DNA from: Hydrolagus affinis
Lineage: Eukaryota
Direction: 5' to 3'
DNA: 64,000 bases
Assembly (NCBI GenBank): GCA_012026655.1
Contig: JAAILG010000202.1
Location: forward strand, 62,001-126,000
In this document: positions 38,488 through 51,479 of the stretch, in pieces
Position numbering within the stretch: position 1 is the stretch's first letter
Layout: the number at the start of each line of letters is the position of its first letter
Notes under the pieces: generated by a model
Seen by the model: only the letters and a program-made list of their open reading frames with translations
Told to the model about the DNA's origin: nothing
The model's database searches: none
Translations under genes and position numbers: made by a program

Positions 38488-38836
38488 CAATTGGTTGACT
38501 GGAAGAACCAGAGGGTGGTGGTACATAGGGAATGTCATCAGATTAGGAAAATGTTACCATTGGAGTTCCACAAGGGTTTGTTTTGGGACCTCTTTTGTTT
38601 AATATTTTTATAAATGATCTGGAATAAGGAGTCACAAGCACAATGGCTAAGTTTGCAGATGACTCCAAGCTAAGGAAGGTGGTAGATGGTGGGATGTCCT
38701 CCTGACGTGAAAGGCGCTATATAAGTGCAATTTTGTTGTTGTTGTAGATTGCGAAGCTGAACAAGATAGGTTACAGCAGGATTTGAACATACATGGGGAT
38801 TGGGCAGATGAAATTCAATGTGAGAAATGTAAAGTA
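38488..38836 (+). mobile_element. CR1 RT fragment interrupted by an L2 tail (38688-38743)
   Basis: GVPQGFVLGPLLFNIFINDL*..KFADDSKL and MKFNV-like motifs; GTAGAT TSD at 38682-87 and 38744-49. Confidence 0.9.
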
Positions 38837-39000
38837 CAAGTATCCCTCCCAGACCGCGTGGGATACGTTCCTCTAAACCTCCGCTTAGTAAAATCGTGGT
38901 TGGAAAATGCAGGGCCCTATGGGAAACATGGGGATAGGGGGAGTACATTTGCTTTTTTGCATTTGGAAAATGCAGGGCCCTATGGGAAACATGGGAATAG
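38837..39000 (+). mobile_element. Possible Tigger-like MITE end with a 38-bp direct repeat
   Basis: Starts after TA with CAAGTATCCCTCCCAGACCGCGTGGGATACGTTCC; TTGGAAAATGCAGGGCCCTATGGGAAACATGGG(G/A)ATAG at 38900-38937 and 38963-39000. Confidence 0.5.
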
Positions 39001-40340
39001 AGGAAGAGAAGGTGAAATAGAGAGAAGGTGAGTCGGAGTGAGAGAGATCTCTATATGATACATTTACACACAAAGAGAGAGGATGCAGACAATAAATTCA
39101 CGTTATTTACCTTAATCCTAAGAGAGAAGCACCGTCCCTGGTTGATTGCAACATCGCAACTGGGCCCTAGTGCTAAAAATATATAGCGTAAGTGCAGTGT
39201 AGGCAAACACAGCAGTCGAATGAAATGAAACTGAGGAAATAAAATCTGTTTGTCTCCACTTTGTCAGTCAACCAGAACACACAAACCAGACAGTAATATT
39301 AAAGGTACGGGTAAATGTAGATGTATTGGGAGCAACATTTTAAAAAAAAATCCTGTGCATGACAAGATAGATTAATATTCAAAGAAATGTTTTTTTCTAA
39401 TTTTTGATAAGACTTGGCAAGCTTGTATGTCTGGAAGTAGATTTTATGCTTGCAACCCAAAATTTATAGAGTATTAGTGAAATTTCTTTGGATAGCAGCT
39501 GAAATTCCAGAAGGTGTTAATATAAAAGGTAGCAGCATGTGACTTCCTATTTGGCCGTTTTCCTGGTGAAAGACAATTTTTAAAAGATATATAGATGCCT
39601 TTATGAAGGCCAAGTATCCATAATCCAATATATATATATATATATATAGTTGGCCTGACTAGACTATGAAGATCTATTTCAGTTTTTGGCACGATAATCC
39701 TGCACTGATGGGATTACGTGCAGAGTTACATCTGGTGTGTTCTGTAAGAAATGTAAACCAGACTGTCAACCATTTATGTTCATGAGCTACTTTCATCCCC
39801 AATGTGCTCTGTATTGCTGAAGAGTGTCACGTTCAGTCACGTACGAAAGCATGCAACAACAACAACTTATATTTATACAGTGTCCCTTGCACAGGGTAGT
39901 GTCCCAGAGGCTTTAAACAGTAAACATGCAGTGCCTAAGAACCTCCTATACAAAAATCTATGCTGCGAGCAGAGTGAGAGGCAAAAAACGGTTACGTCTG
40001 CTCTGGCTGAGTGAGCTGGAAACTACGGGAGACACTGTGGAAAGAGGAAGAGGGCAATAGAGCCCTAATGAAATTGCAGCTGGGTGAAAAAGAGAACAGG
40101 AAATGGGGGCAGCCGCAATCAAATTTATATTGAAATATATTACATCAAGTGTTGTCGCAGTCATTCTTCAAGCGCACACTGAAGCAAATGCATATTTGGT
40201 ACATTCTATGAAGCCAGTGAACTGAATACACATATCTTTTTTATTCGGTCATTGGTCAATTGTGCGAAGAGCTTTGAAACACCCTCACTGGATTAATGTA
40301 AATTATTGCTGTTGTTAATTTTGGAGGGAACTAGAATTAA

Positions 40341-40659
40341 GGTGGCAAGTGGGGTAAAAAATGAAACAAAACAAAAAAAAATTTCATGTCAAAGTATACT
40401 TTGAACTATATACTTTCAGAAATAAACTGTTTTGATTGGTGAAATAAACTTACTTCCAAAGAAATATAGGGTAAAGAATAAGAATTCAACAGTAAAATAA
40501 ACCGGAAATGCTTATTTCATAAGTCACATTCCCTATATTTCTTTGGAAATAAGTTTATTTCACCAATCAAAACAGTTTATTTCTGAAAGTATATAGTTCA
40601 AAGTACACTTTGACATGAAAAAAATATATATATTTTTATTTTTTACCCCACTTGCCACC
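40341..40659. mobile_element. Fold-back MITE with TTAA TSD (Kolobok/T2-like)
   Basis: TTAA|GGTGGCAAGTGGGG...CCCCACTTGCCACC|TTAA; ~130-bp inverted arms (40341-40471, 40531-40659) around a 59-bp spacer. Confidence 0.88.
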
Positions 40660-40731
40660 TTAAATTTACTGAAATACTGAGTGTTACATTTGCCAACTAT
40701 TCTACATCTAAATGCTCCTCCATGGTGACAT

Positions 40732-41550
40732 CAACAACAACTTGCATTTATATAGTGTAGTCCACGCCGGGTAGTGTCTCAGAGCCCTTCACAATAGCGA
40801 ATAATGAAGGTCGACCCAGGAGGAGTGAGAAGGTGACGGTAACCACAGTCAAAGAGAAAGGTCTTCAGGCATGATATGAACATGGGGAAGGAGGGGGTGA
40901 GGCGAAGGGGTTGAGGGAAGAAGTTTCAAAGTTTCAGGGCAGAGTAGCTGAAAGCATAGCCACCAATGGTTGAGTGGAGGATTTGGGGAGCAAAGTGGAG
41001 GTCGAACCCAGTAGAGCAGAGGCAACTGGTACTGCTGTGAGGAGAGAGCAGGTTGGAGAGGTAGGAGGTGCCGAGGTGTGGAGGGATTTAAACGTAAGAG
41101 TGAGGATCTTGAGGTTTATCTGCTCTGACCAGGAGCCAGTGGAGTTTGGCAGAGACTGACGTAATTGGGGTTTGTTGTGGGTGAAAATGTGGGTGGCAGA
41201 GTTTTGGATGAGCTGAATTTTGTGAGTGGTGGAGGAGGGGAGACCAGTAAGGGGGCATTAGAATATTCCAGCTGAGAGGTGACAAAGGCATGGTTTTGGC
41301 AGCTTTTGGGTGAGGTATTGACGGAGACGGGCAATATGGCAGAGATGGAAGCAAGCGGTGCTGGGTGTGGGGAAGAAAGGATAACTAGGGATTGAACCTG
41401 ACACCTAGTTGAGCACGGGTTCGGAGAGTTATAAGGACAGGTCGGATAGGTTGAGGAGGTCAGAATCATAGCACAGAAGACGTCGACTGGAGCCAAACAG
41501 CATGGCTTCCGTCTTGTTGACGTTTAACTGCAGAAAATTTGCACAGGAGA
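40732..41550 (-). mobile_element. L2 3' ~800 bp fragment
   Basis: ANFLQLNVNKTEAMLFGS, HAFVTSQLEYSN, AKLHWLLV; (TTG)n tail. Confidence 0.9.
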
Positions 41551-42164
41551 TCCAGGAGACATCCTTCCAAGGTGAAAACTGCTTTTTTACAAATGTAATT
41601 TTGTTATTGTTGTTTGTTGGCACCACCCCAGGAACTCCAGGCAAACTTCTTCTCTTGCCTTTGTTGGGTTCACTTCTGTTGGGTTGAATACAAGTTGGGT
41701 TATTCAACAGTCCAGCATTGCACCATGTATACTACTTCAAAAATACACAAATAGTTTTCTGCCGCTGCCAATATAGCACTGAATTGCCAGGACTATGTGA
41801 ATGGAACCACACATATTTGAAATAATTTGCCCCAGGCACAAACCTCAATTGCATAACTCTAGGTCGTCTCATATTCACACCAGAAACTTATAAAAATATC
41901 ATGAAATCTGTAAATGAGAAAGGGAACTCTCAAACATATCTCGTTACCATCGATCAGTAGCAAAACATTGCAGTCATTTATATCTACTCATGTTTACATC
42001 ACTAATCAACACTCAGTTAGAAATATAAACAAGTTCCCTGACAAGTTATTAAAGTAAACAGTGCTTGAAGATTTTCTCATTTGAGTCTCAGTCACGGGGT
42101 TTAGAAGACGGTGAGAAAATTCACCCGGTGGTAGGCGAGGAAGGACGTGAAGCACATGAAAGTA

Positions 42165-42430
42165 GCTTCAAAGGGCTTCACAGAATATATTATAAAATGG
42201 AATGACTGTATTTTGTGAATGAATGCGGCAGCCAATTTGTGCACTGTAATAATGTTCCACAAACAGCCATGAAGTGAATAACCAATTTTATCAGGAGCAA
42301 TTATTTTGAGAAAATCCTCTGTATGGATAGGTCTGCGGGATCTTTAATGACTGTCTGGACAGGCAGACAGGACCTTGTTTTGAAGATTCATCCAAAGGAC
42401 GGCTCCTCCGACAATGCAGCACACCCCCAG
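42165..42430 (-). mobile_element. Old full-Deu SINE relic
   Basis: Reverse complement contains CCGTCCTTTGGATGAA..., CTGTCTGCCTGTCCAG..TAAAGATCCC, GCACAAATTGGCTGCCGCA. Confidence 0.7.
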
Positions 42431-42929
42431 CGTCGAGCTAGGAAGTTGCGCTCTCCTAGCAATCAGGAACAGTAAACCATTTTAAGAAGATGAGGTCAAT
42501 GCAGACGTATTGCATTCTTCAAAACAAAATCTGGCCGTGCAGAATATTTTGTCTCCGTGAAACCAGCTTCAAGGAAATGATCGAAACAACAACAGGCTTT
42601 CAATGTGCAAATAATCCACGTGCACATGAACACAAAATGCGTCTTTGTGCAATGCTCTGTATGTTTTCAAATTGTTATGATGTGTTGTAACAAATAAGGT
42701 CTATGTTTGGTCAGATGTGTTCAATAAAATGTTGTTTTTAAAGACATCTGCCATCTGTGTACACTTAAAACTAGGAGACAATGTGCTTTTTCTGGATTTT
42801 AAGCATGTCAAAACAATCAAAACAAATCTCAACCAATGTTTGTTTTGAGCAATGTCACATTTCCCTGGCAACTTTATGTTCGAGTTAATGTGCGTTGTTT
42901 GTTGATTAAAAAAAAGCCCACAAGAACAT

Positions 42930-43235
42930 GAACAACAACATTACATTTGCATAGCTCCTTTCATGTCGGAAGGACGTCCCAAGGCACTGAACAGTCAATG
43001 TTTCAGACCTGAGCTGGGATCGGGAAGGGTGGAAGGAAAGGAGGGGATCTGGGGTGACTGATGGGACTGTTGAAGAGGAGGGTATTGAGGGACTGTGGGA
43101 TGGAATTCAAGAGGCTGGGGACAGAGTGACTGAGGGCTTGCCACCTATGGTGAGGAGGGTGGGTCAGAGAACATGGAGCAGGCTGGAGCCCACTGAGTGG
43201 AGGGAGCGGGTAGGTTGATAGAGCTTAGGAGGTGA
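42930..43235 (-). mobile_element. L2 3' end fragment
   Basis: Same tail and body as 154-511. Confidence 0.82.
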
Positions 43236-46200
43236 CTCGTTGGAAGAATCTCTCTGTACTTGGATAATAGAAGATTTTGCTTTAATCCAATCTAGCCAAA
43301 GGATTGCCTGGCAAATAATCAGTCAGTAAGTCAGTCGATTTGCCAGAAATAAGTTTATAAAGTTTGAAAACAAAACATTATTCACAAAAAGCAGAGAGCA
43401 AAAGAGAAAGATTGCTAGTGACCTTGTCAAGGAAAGCTTTTTCAATTAAATGGGCTCCGATTTCCTGGTGAATGACTGACTTTTAGTTCGATCTATAACT
43501 CCGGCAGTAGAGTAAAAAAAAGCACTTCCCTTTCCTTTGTTGATTATTCTCTTAATGTTTGTTTACTCACCTTAGTTCCATTTTCCTCAGCTCTTGTTGC
43601 AGAGATGGAAGGAAAGAGGGCACTAAATTGGACCACTACTGCTTTCTTCCAAAGACCATGAGGAGCACTCCTTATCTAGCCTCACTATGTTGCATTGCAC
43701 TGAACCATGACTCCATACAGAGTTGTGAAAACTCTTTTACAAGGTCTTTGATTGCAGCTTCTCTGAAGTGATTTCCATTGTAGATTTTCTCCCCCCCATC
43801 CCTCATTTTCTAGCTCTACATCAAGTGTCCAATCTCTGGGCTCATATCATTGTCTAATATTTCAGCTTGCATTTTCTTGAATAGCTACATTATATAATAA
43901 CAAGACTTTATTTTTTGATCATGGTCGCCTTCCCCCCTCCCTCTTCTCCTGGCTCGTTGTAAGCCTTCTAAGCCGATCTAAAGCCTCGTGTGACGCTACC
44001 CTGTGTGAAAGCCGCAACACAAATGCAAATTGTTGCTATAGTAAATCTTCTTGTATAACTCCTAAAAGGGTTTCACGACTAATTGCTATCAAGAGCAATT
44101 CTTGTGTATTTGTAGGCAAACATGGGAGCTAACTTACTCACAGCAATGTCCCTTACCATGAAGTGAGCGGCAAATTTTAAAATTGGCTCCAACACTTTCT
44201 CTTTTCAAAATTCTACCCACTCATGACTCCTGTTTAACGTGAAAGCCAAAGCAATCGTTGGTAATTACTTCAAGCAGGAGAAGAAACACGAAGCTTGCCA
44301 GACACATCCCGAGCATTTATTCCCAAAATGTTTCCGATTAGACCCCTCGCAAACGATCAAAATGCTTAACTTCTTTTTAAACGATTGAGATTTCTCAACA
44401 AAAGTTGCGTGTGACTATCACAAACATTATGCTGAGTTGACTGAAGTAGACTTTTATGGATTTCTAAATGAAGAGCAGCTGTCTTTTCTCCGGATTGAAT
44501 ACATAAAAAACTTATTGCACTCAATATTCCAATACACCAGCTGGTTTGCAGAACAATACTTAAAAGTGTAAGTTTTAACAAATAGACTGAAAGTCTGTAA
44601 TGAGAATGCAAGGGAGGATATCTTATTGAAATGTGTTTCAAATTTCAGCCAATGCACACGAAGAGGCAACAATCGAAACTATTTGTGTACAAGTGTACAA
44701 ACAACATCAATTTCTACAAAACCTGATTTGTTTTAAACCTTGCAAATTGAGATGGATTAAAACTTAAAAAAAAAAAAAAATTTAAGAGGCAAGTGTGGAG
44801 AAATTCTGTAATATGATAAGGCGCTGTATCAAATGCAAGGATTATTATTATTAAATTCCAGATAGGTCAAGATACAGTCTATTTCTGTAGCATTGTAGAG
44901 AGTGGAGTGTGTTTTGGTAAATTCCTACAACTTTACTCTTGACAATGATTTCCTGCTTCACAAGGTAAACTGTAAAGTAGAATGACTTGTGGTAGCCATT
45001 TGTTGACCAGGGCACTGGGTGAGATAAACTATCTTCTCTGTTCGAATTGTGCAATGGGATCTTTAACATCCATCTGAACAAGCAGATGTATTTAAGAAAC
45101 AACAGACATCGAAGTTGAGGTTAAATTCATTAAGTTGCCAAATTCTGCAAGCTCTAGAATGTAAAAGAGAGTAAATCTAGAGCCAGTTAGAATTTTTCTC
45201 CAAAACTACTCTATAATGAGCTTGTTTGGTTTAAATGAAAGGGAAAAGAAAATACAATTAGTATGGAGCAATCTGCATCATATAAAAATTAGGCGAATAA
45301 AACGTTGTGGAGTGAGCAACAACAACTTGCTTATACTGTATTTAGCACTTCCTGCAGAGTTGTATCTAGGAAGACTGAAAACTAGAGGAAAAGCTGAAAT
45401 ATTAAGAGACGAGAATTCTATTCAGTTAAAATTACATACTTTTTTTCTCTTTTCCAACAAATGATAATCTTACCCTGGTGTTTGGATTGCAAATTTATTT
45501 TTAGCTCATAATTGCAGTATTTTCTGATTAAAATGGAACACAATGTGCAAAATTAACTTCCATGAACCCCACAGAGGGGCCTGTGGAAGAGAGTGCCAGA
45601 CTCTAGCTGCTTCCAAAATGTGAACCAGCTGATCCTTAAAATCTCCAGATAGATTCATTACCAGCCGAGCACCAATGAATCGAACGCTCGGTCGAAGGGG
45701 AATGCTTGCAGGTATCTTTGCTTGTGGGCATTTTTGTTAATAAGGTTTAATTTTGCTCATCGCATCCCTGTGGTTTAGTAGGATAACATCTTAGTGGAAA
45801 CTTTCAAGCAGCTAGGCATAGTTCTTGGTTCGGGTGCCAAGCCATTATTTATTTAAACGCCTTGGAATGTCCCCTCCATGTAAAAGGAGCTATTTTATTG
45901 CAAATTTCTATTAGTCTTAAAATGATGGGATAAAAGTACTGTCATATGCTACTTTCTTGGAATGTTTTTGCCTTTTTTTTATTATTTAATTCTCTCCCGT
46001 TTAGGATCTCATTACCGCAGACGGCTGAGCAGAATGCGCTCTGCCATGACAGCCCTATAATGTCTCCATCACTTGACAGGAAAGGCATTCACTTGCCTCA
46101 ATGGAAGGAAAAGCCTCACCACAGAAGCACGTTTGGAAACTGTTTACATAAAAACGTATTGCATCGCGTTGATGGCAGTTCCCTTTATGACTAAATTTTG

Positions 46201-46293
46201 ATTCAAACTCCTTTGTGACAATGATAGAAAATTGCCACATTGCGTAACAGATTATACATGAAATATAAGAAACATATGATTATTTTACCCCAC

Positions 46294-46596
46294 TAATAAT
46301 AATAATAATCCTTGCATTTGATATAGCGCTTTTCACGTCTGATCGACATCTCAAAGCGCTTCACAGAATATACTGTAAAGTGAATTGACTGTATATGTTG
46401 TGGGCGAAATGCGGCAGCCAATTGCGCACAGCAGTGTCCCACAATCAGTCAGTCATGGATTGAAATGACCGATTGTATTATTGTGGTTTTTTTGGAGGGA
46501 TTATTATCAGGCGTGTGGAGTAAAGGAAACTTGCCCAAGGTTTCGCCCTGACCTGCCTGGATTCGAACACAGGTCTCATGCTTGTAAGGCGAGAGC
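46294..46596 (-). mobile_element. Near-full Deu SINE (short variant)
   Basis: B-box, AAACCTTGGGCAAGTTTCC, Deu core, (TAT)n tail. Confidence 0.92.
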
Positions 46597-46854
46597 CATG
46601 TTACCATACTGCAATGGTTTCCACGTTGCTGAGTTGGTGGTGGGTGGGGGGGCTGTGGCGCTTTTCAAAGCTTGGAAGCGACTACCATACTGCATTAGCA
46701 ATCGATAGCTTCAATTTTGTTCTTTTGTTTGCTTTGCCCGCTTATCTCTTCTCAGCTAAAAACAATAATAATGAGTGTCTTCTATAAATTCTAGCCTCTT
46801 ATTTTCAGTATTCCAAATCAATCGCTAGCCAAACGGAGAGGTTAGATACATCAT

Positions 46855-46990
46855 CAACAACAACTTTGAATTATATAGCGCCCTCCACGCGGGACAGCGT
46901 CTCAGAGCGCTTCACAGCAGCGGATCCTGGGACCGAGCCAGGGGCAGGGGTAGAGAGGTGACCGAAGGCGCGGTCGAAGAGAAAGGTCTA
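46855..46990 (-). mobile_element. L2 tail, second subfamily
   Basis: Reverse complement GTGAAGCGCTCTGAGACGCTGTCCCGCGTGGAGGGCGCTATATAATTCAAAGTTGTTG. Confidence 0.75.
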
Positions 46991-47854
46991 TTAGCTGTGA
47001 TACCCACTCCCAAGGCCTCCACAACCAAGCTCCATAGTCCGTTGTGATATTTGTTTGAGTTGCTGGATGTGGCTACTTAAAAAATGCATTAGCATGATCT
47101 TTGGCAACAGAGACTTGAGTAAGCTCGCGTGGGGAATAGCAATCACAAGCCGATGCACTGTAACAGTGTTTTATGGCACTTGCTGTTCCAAAGTACCATG
47201 AGAGTCCCCTGTGTATTTCATTGCACAAACGCCCTGAATTATTTGTAGCATAAATGTCCAAAATTAGAAACATGCAAAGATGATAAATGACAGACGACAG
47301 TAAAAACAGGAAACATTTCATGTTGGATCCTACATTCTGAGGATGAGAGTTAAAGACTGCTTGAACTTCTGTTCACCCTGGTTAAAGACAGCGGATGAAT
47401 TTAGGGTAAATTCGAGTGAATTTCTGTTGCATTCCTAAAATTAATCAGTTGTTTTGTTTAGTGAACATGTGTTTGAGAAGTTCTGGTATTTTTTGTTCCA
47501 ATTTTACTAGAATGGAGCGACACCTGGCACAAGAACAAGCTAAAGATGAAGCTGACTGGTGGTCCTTATGAGCTCCTCTGGCTTAACCATTCATTAAAAA
47601 AACATATAGTGTTTCAGTTATCATTGTATCATCCTCCCGACATGAAAGGCGCTCTATAAATGTAATTTTGTTGTTGTTGTGTTAACAGTGTAGTTTCCTA
47701 CTCAGCACCATATTAAGATTTTTAAAAAAAATCAAAATAATTGCCATTCGTCATGTTAACTGGACAGTATAATCTGTGAAGATCTTTCAGACGATTCAAC
47801 GATACGATAAGGCGCTGTATCAAATGCAAGAATTATTATAATGATATTGTTATT

Positions 47855-48000
47855 AACTCACCTCTGAGTCAGAAGTTATGAGTTTAAGTCTCACATTGGG
47901 CCTTTGAGCACATAGTCTAGGCTGACTCTCCAGCTCAGGCCTGGGGGAGCGAGCGCTGCTTTATCAAAGCTGCCATCCTTCAGATGAGATGTTAAAACTG
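47855..48000 (+). mobile_element. Old SacSINE1-like 5' part
   Basis: CACCTCTGAGTCAGAAGTT...GAGCACATAGTCTAGGCTGAC...CTTCAGATGAGATGTTAAAAC. Confidence 0.65.
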
Positions 48001-48647
48001 AAGGCACAAATTGACAGCTCCGTTCAACAATAACAAAATTACATTTATAGAGCTCCTTTCACGTCGGGAGGACGTTCAGCTATAAATACACACTGAGTTC
48101 AGTTTATAGTAAATCCTGTTAAGCACTATGAGACATTTCAATGATGTCACAAGGTGATGTATCAAATGCAAGCATTATTATTATTATTATTATTATTATC
48201 ATTGTTTCAATAATTTAGACTTTTTCCAGTGAATGATTACTGCCAACATCTCTGTCTCTCAGATAAATGGGACAGGTATTACATATACCTATTCATGCAA
48301 CCATCTCCACTTTTGTACATAATGCAAAGTAGTTGATATATTCGTAATAAATAATGTCAAAAATCAAACAAGGCAAAATATCTAGCAAAGCCTCTTAAAA
48401 ATACATTGTGTAAAATTTATATTCTGCATTCTGTATTTAGTTTCTTCTGAGGTTTTCTTGCTCTAATTAAGTTTCTTTTCAGGCCAAAAGCGTTTGTTTT
48501 AAATAAATTCAATTCTAACAATGCTATAAAACGTGACTTAGCTGAAGGACAAATGGAGGACATTAGGAGATGTTATGGAGGATGAGGAAACTGATAACAA
48601 TTGGCAATAAATAATTTCTTTTTGAACGAACCCTCTCTCTCCCTGTA

Positions 48648-48943
48648 AATAATAATAATCCTTCCATTTGATATAGCGCTTCTCACATCTTCTAGCTGTC
48701 CTAAAGCGCTTCACAGAATATACTGTAAAGTGAATTGACGGAATATTTGTGGGCGAAACACGACAGCAGTATCCCCTGAACAGTCGTGGATTGAAGTGAC
48801 CCATCTTATTACTTTTTTTCTTGAGGGTTTATTATCAAGCGTATGGAGTAAAGAAACTTGCCCCAGGTTCCACCCTGCTGGGAATCGAACCCAGGTCTCT
48901 CTCTTGCAAGGCAAGTGCTTTAACCACTGAGCTACAGGACTCC
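48648..48943 (-). mobile_element. Full-length Deu SINE (partial Deu deletion)
   Basis: GGAGTCCTGTAGCTCAGTGG head, GGTTCGATTCC B-box, (TAT)n tail. Confidence 0.9.
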
Positions 48944-49457
48944 ACTCTTAGCAAATTAACGATCTACTGACACTCGTTTGAACCACAAAGATGTATCAAG
49001 CACTGGTCTTAGCAGCACAATATTGTGGGAACCTAGGAGTCATTAGAGTGCTTTTGTTTTCCTTTCTTTGAATGACTTCTTATTGTTTCCCGTGGGTTAG
49101 TAGCTACAGGGATGAATGGCTGAATAAGGCTCCACACATTTCCTGTGGGGCCATAGGCCATATAGGGATGAATGAGTTGAATTTTCTACAATTCACATGA
49201 TCCGTTTAAAGGAAATGGAAAACTTTCCTTTGGTTTCAGGAATAGAAATTGCTATTTAATTCTGTTGTAATTCAATGAGTTGTCCCAGAAGTACAATGGG
49301 AAAAAGTAATACTCCACAAAAAGCACATTATTAGCCAAACGATCATGGGATTATTCAAACCATCAACTTTAGATGTTTACATCATCTCATTTCATTATCT
49401 GTAGCAGCTCATAAGCACAAACTACTGTAACATACTTTAATTCCTCCCAAATAATTA

Positions 49458-49693
49458 TCTCTGCCCCCACACTCTGGAACTCCATCCCGCAGTCCCTTTG
49501 CCTCGCTCCTCTTCGACCGTGTCTTCTGCTACCTTCCCAACTCTCTCCCTTCCCTCCTAACTCTCTCCCGTCACTCCTCCCTACCCTGTCCCTCTCCCTT
49601 GCTCGGGACCCAATCTGACTGTACAGTGCCTTGGCACGTCCTTCCGACGTCAAAAGCGCTCTATAAATGTAATTTTGTTGAAGTTGTTGTTGT
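49458..49693 (+). mobile_element. L2 3' end fragment
   Basis: CTCTGGAACTCCATCCCGCAGTCCC...CTCTATAAATGTAATTTTG(TTG)n. Confidence 0.88.
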
Positions 49694-49799
49694 ATCAGGG
49701 CGAAACCTTGGGCAAGTTTCCTTACTCCACATGCCTAATAATCCGTCCAAAAATTCACCCTAATACTGCACACTTCCCTCAGAAAAATAACTGTTCGCC

Positions 49800-49990
49800 A
49801 CCACTCTTTGCTTTCCATCTCCCCGCCAGTTCTGTATCTATGCCACTGTCTCTTTAATACTATGGACTTCTATTTTGCTTGCAAGTCTCTTATGTGGCAC
49901 TTTATCAAACTTTGAAAATTCCTTTTGAAAATTCATATGAACTACATCAACTGCATTACCTTCATCCAGTTACTTCATCAAAAAACCTCT
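49800..49990 (-). mobile_element. CR1 RT fragment
   Basis: Minus strand GNAVDVVHMNFQK...FDKVPHKRLASKI resembles VDVIYLDFQKAFDKVPH. Confidence 0.82.
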
Positions 49991-50250
49991 GTTACTTCAT
50001 CAATTTGTGGGGAAGGGAAGCGCATTTATTTTGGGGCTTTTAGTTTGCTATAACGGTTCCACATGTGGTGACTTTAGCTGTGCCGTGGAGAAGGCTTCTT
50101 AGACGCATATGACAAACTTCCTCAAAAGGAGAGACATTAGATGAAGGTAGATGAGTTGATCAAGCTTATTCCTTCTAACAGCACAGCACAACATTGGCTG
50201 ATCTAATCAGTTAGGAAACAATGCGTATTTCAAAAAACCTATTCATTCTA

Positions 50251-50557
50251 AATAATAATAATAATCCTTGCATTTGATTTAGTGCTTTTCACATCTTCTG
50301 GAAGTCTCAAAGAGCTTCACAGAATATACTGTAAAGTAAATTGACTGTACATTTGTGAGTGAAATGCGGCAGCCGATTACGCACAGCAGTGTCCCACAAA
50401 CAGTTGTGGGTTGAACTGACCAATTTTATTGTTTTTTGAGGGATTATTATCCAGCGTGTGGAGTAAGGAAGCTTGCTCAAGGTTTTAGCCTGCCACAAAC
50501 TGAACCCAGGTCTCTCGCTTGCAAGGCAATTACTCTAACCTCGAAGCTACAGGACTC
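50251..50557 (-). mobile_element. Full-length Deu SINE
   Basis: Head, Deu core and tail in reverse orientation. Confidence 0.9.
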
Positions 50558-51282
50558 TGAAATCCAGGAAATGCATATTTTTGGTTCAGTTATGAATATT
50601 TTTCAGGGTGAATGCCCCTCACACTGAAGTCCACCCTTGAGAGGATATTCTGTACTTTCCCATAACCATGCTGACATGTGTAGCATTATAGCTTTCAGTT
50701 GGCTGCCTCTGCCCCCTCCTGTTCTCACACCCCCATATACTCAAATACTGCTCTGAATATTGAACTGAATCCACATGTAGCCAAGGTCACATCGATGTCT
50801 TGGTTCTTGGACTGACCAAGTACACAACTGAGCAGTATGCCTTGAACAGCCGGTTACTGATACTATACAACTGCTTTTCTTTACTTCCTCATTTTGTCAA
50901 AACAAGCATTTTTATTAGTTTGGGTTAAAGATTAAGTAAACGTTTAAGGAAAAAAAGTACTTGGTGTGTTTTCATCATTCTTGTGAAACTAGTATGTGCA
51001 GTGGAGTCCAGAGGAGAACAAGATAAAGTTCACATCTGAAAAGGCATCACATTTGATCCAAAGGGTGAAAACAAAACTGCTATTTCCAAATCAAAAAGCG
51101 GTGAAAACGCCGTATTGCTTGTAACATATGACAGCGCTGAACCCTGCGTCCTTTCTCATAACCCTGATGGTGTTTATAATGTTCAATGCAAATATGGTCA
51201 CGAAGTGAAAAGTTTTGCTATGTTCTTTGAAAGACCCGGATAAAAACTTAAAAAAAGTAAAGTCTGATCTAAAATCCTGAAA

Positions 51283-51479
51283 ATGCCTGAAAAGGTGGTG
51301 GAGGCCGATTCGATAACAACTTTTAAAAGAGAGGTAGACATTTATTTGGGGAGGACGGGTTTGCGAGGTTATGGGGAGAGATCTGGGAAATGGGATTAAA
51401 TTGCTATTTTTAAAGAGCCGGCACAGACTCGATGGGCCGAATGGCCTCCTTTTGTGCCATAGGTTCTATGATTCTATGA
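51283..51479 (+). mobile_element. CR1 3' end
   Basis: VVEADSITTFKREVDIYL; GATGGGCCGAATGGCCTCC; (TTCTATGA)2 tail. Confidence 0.9.
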
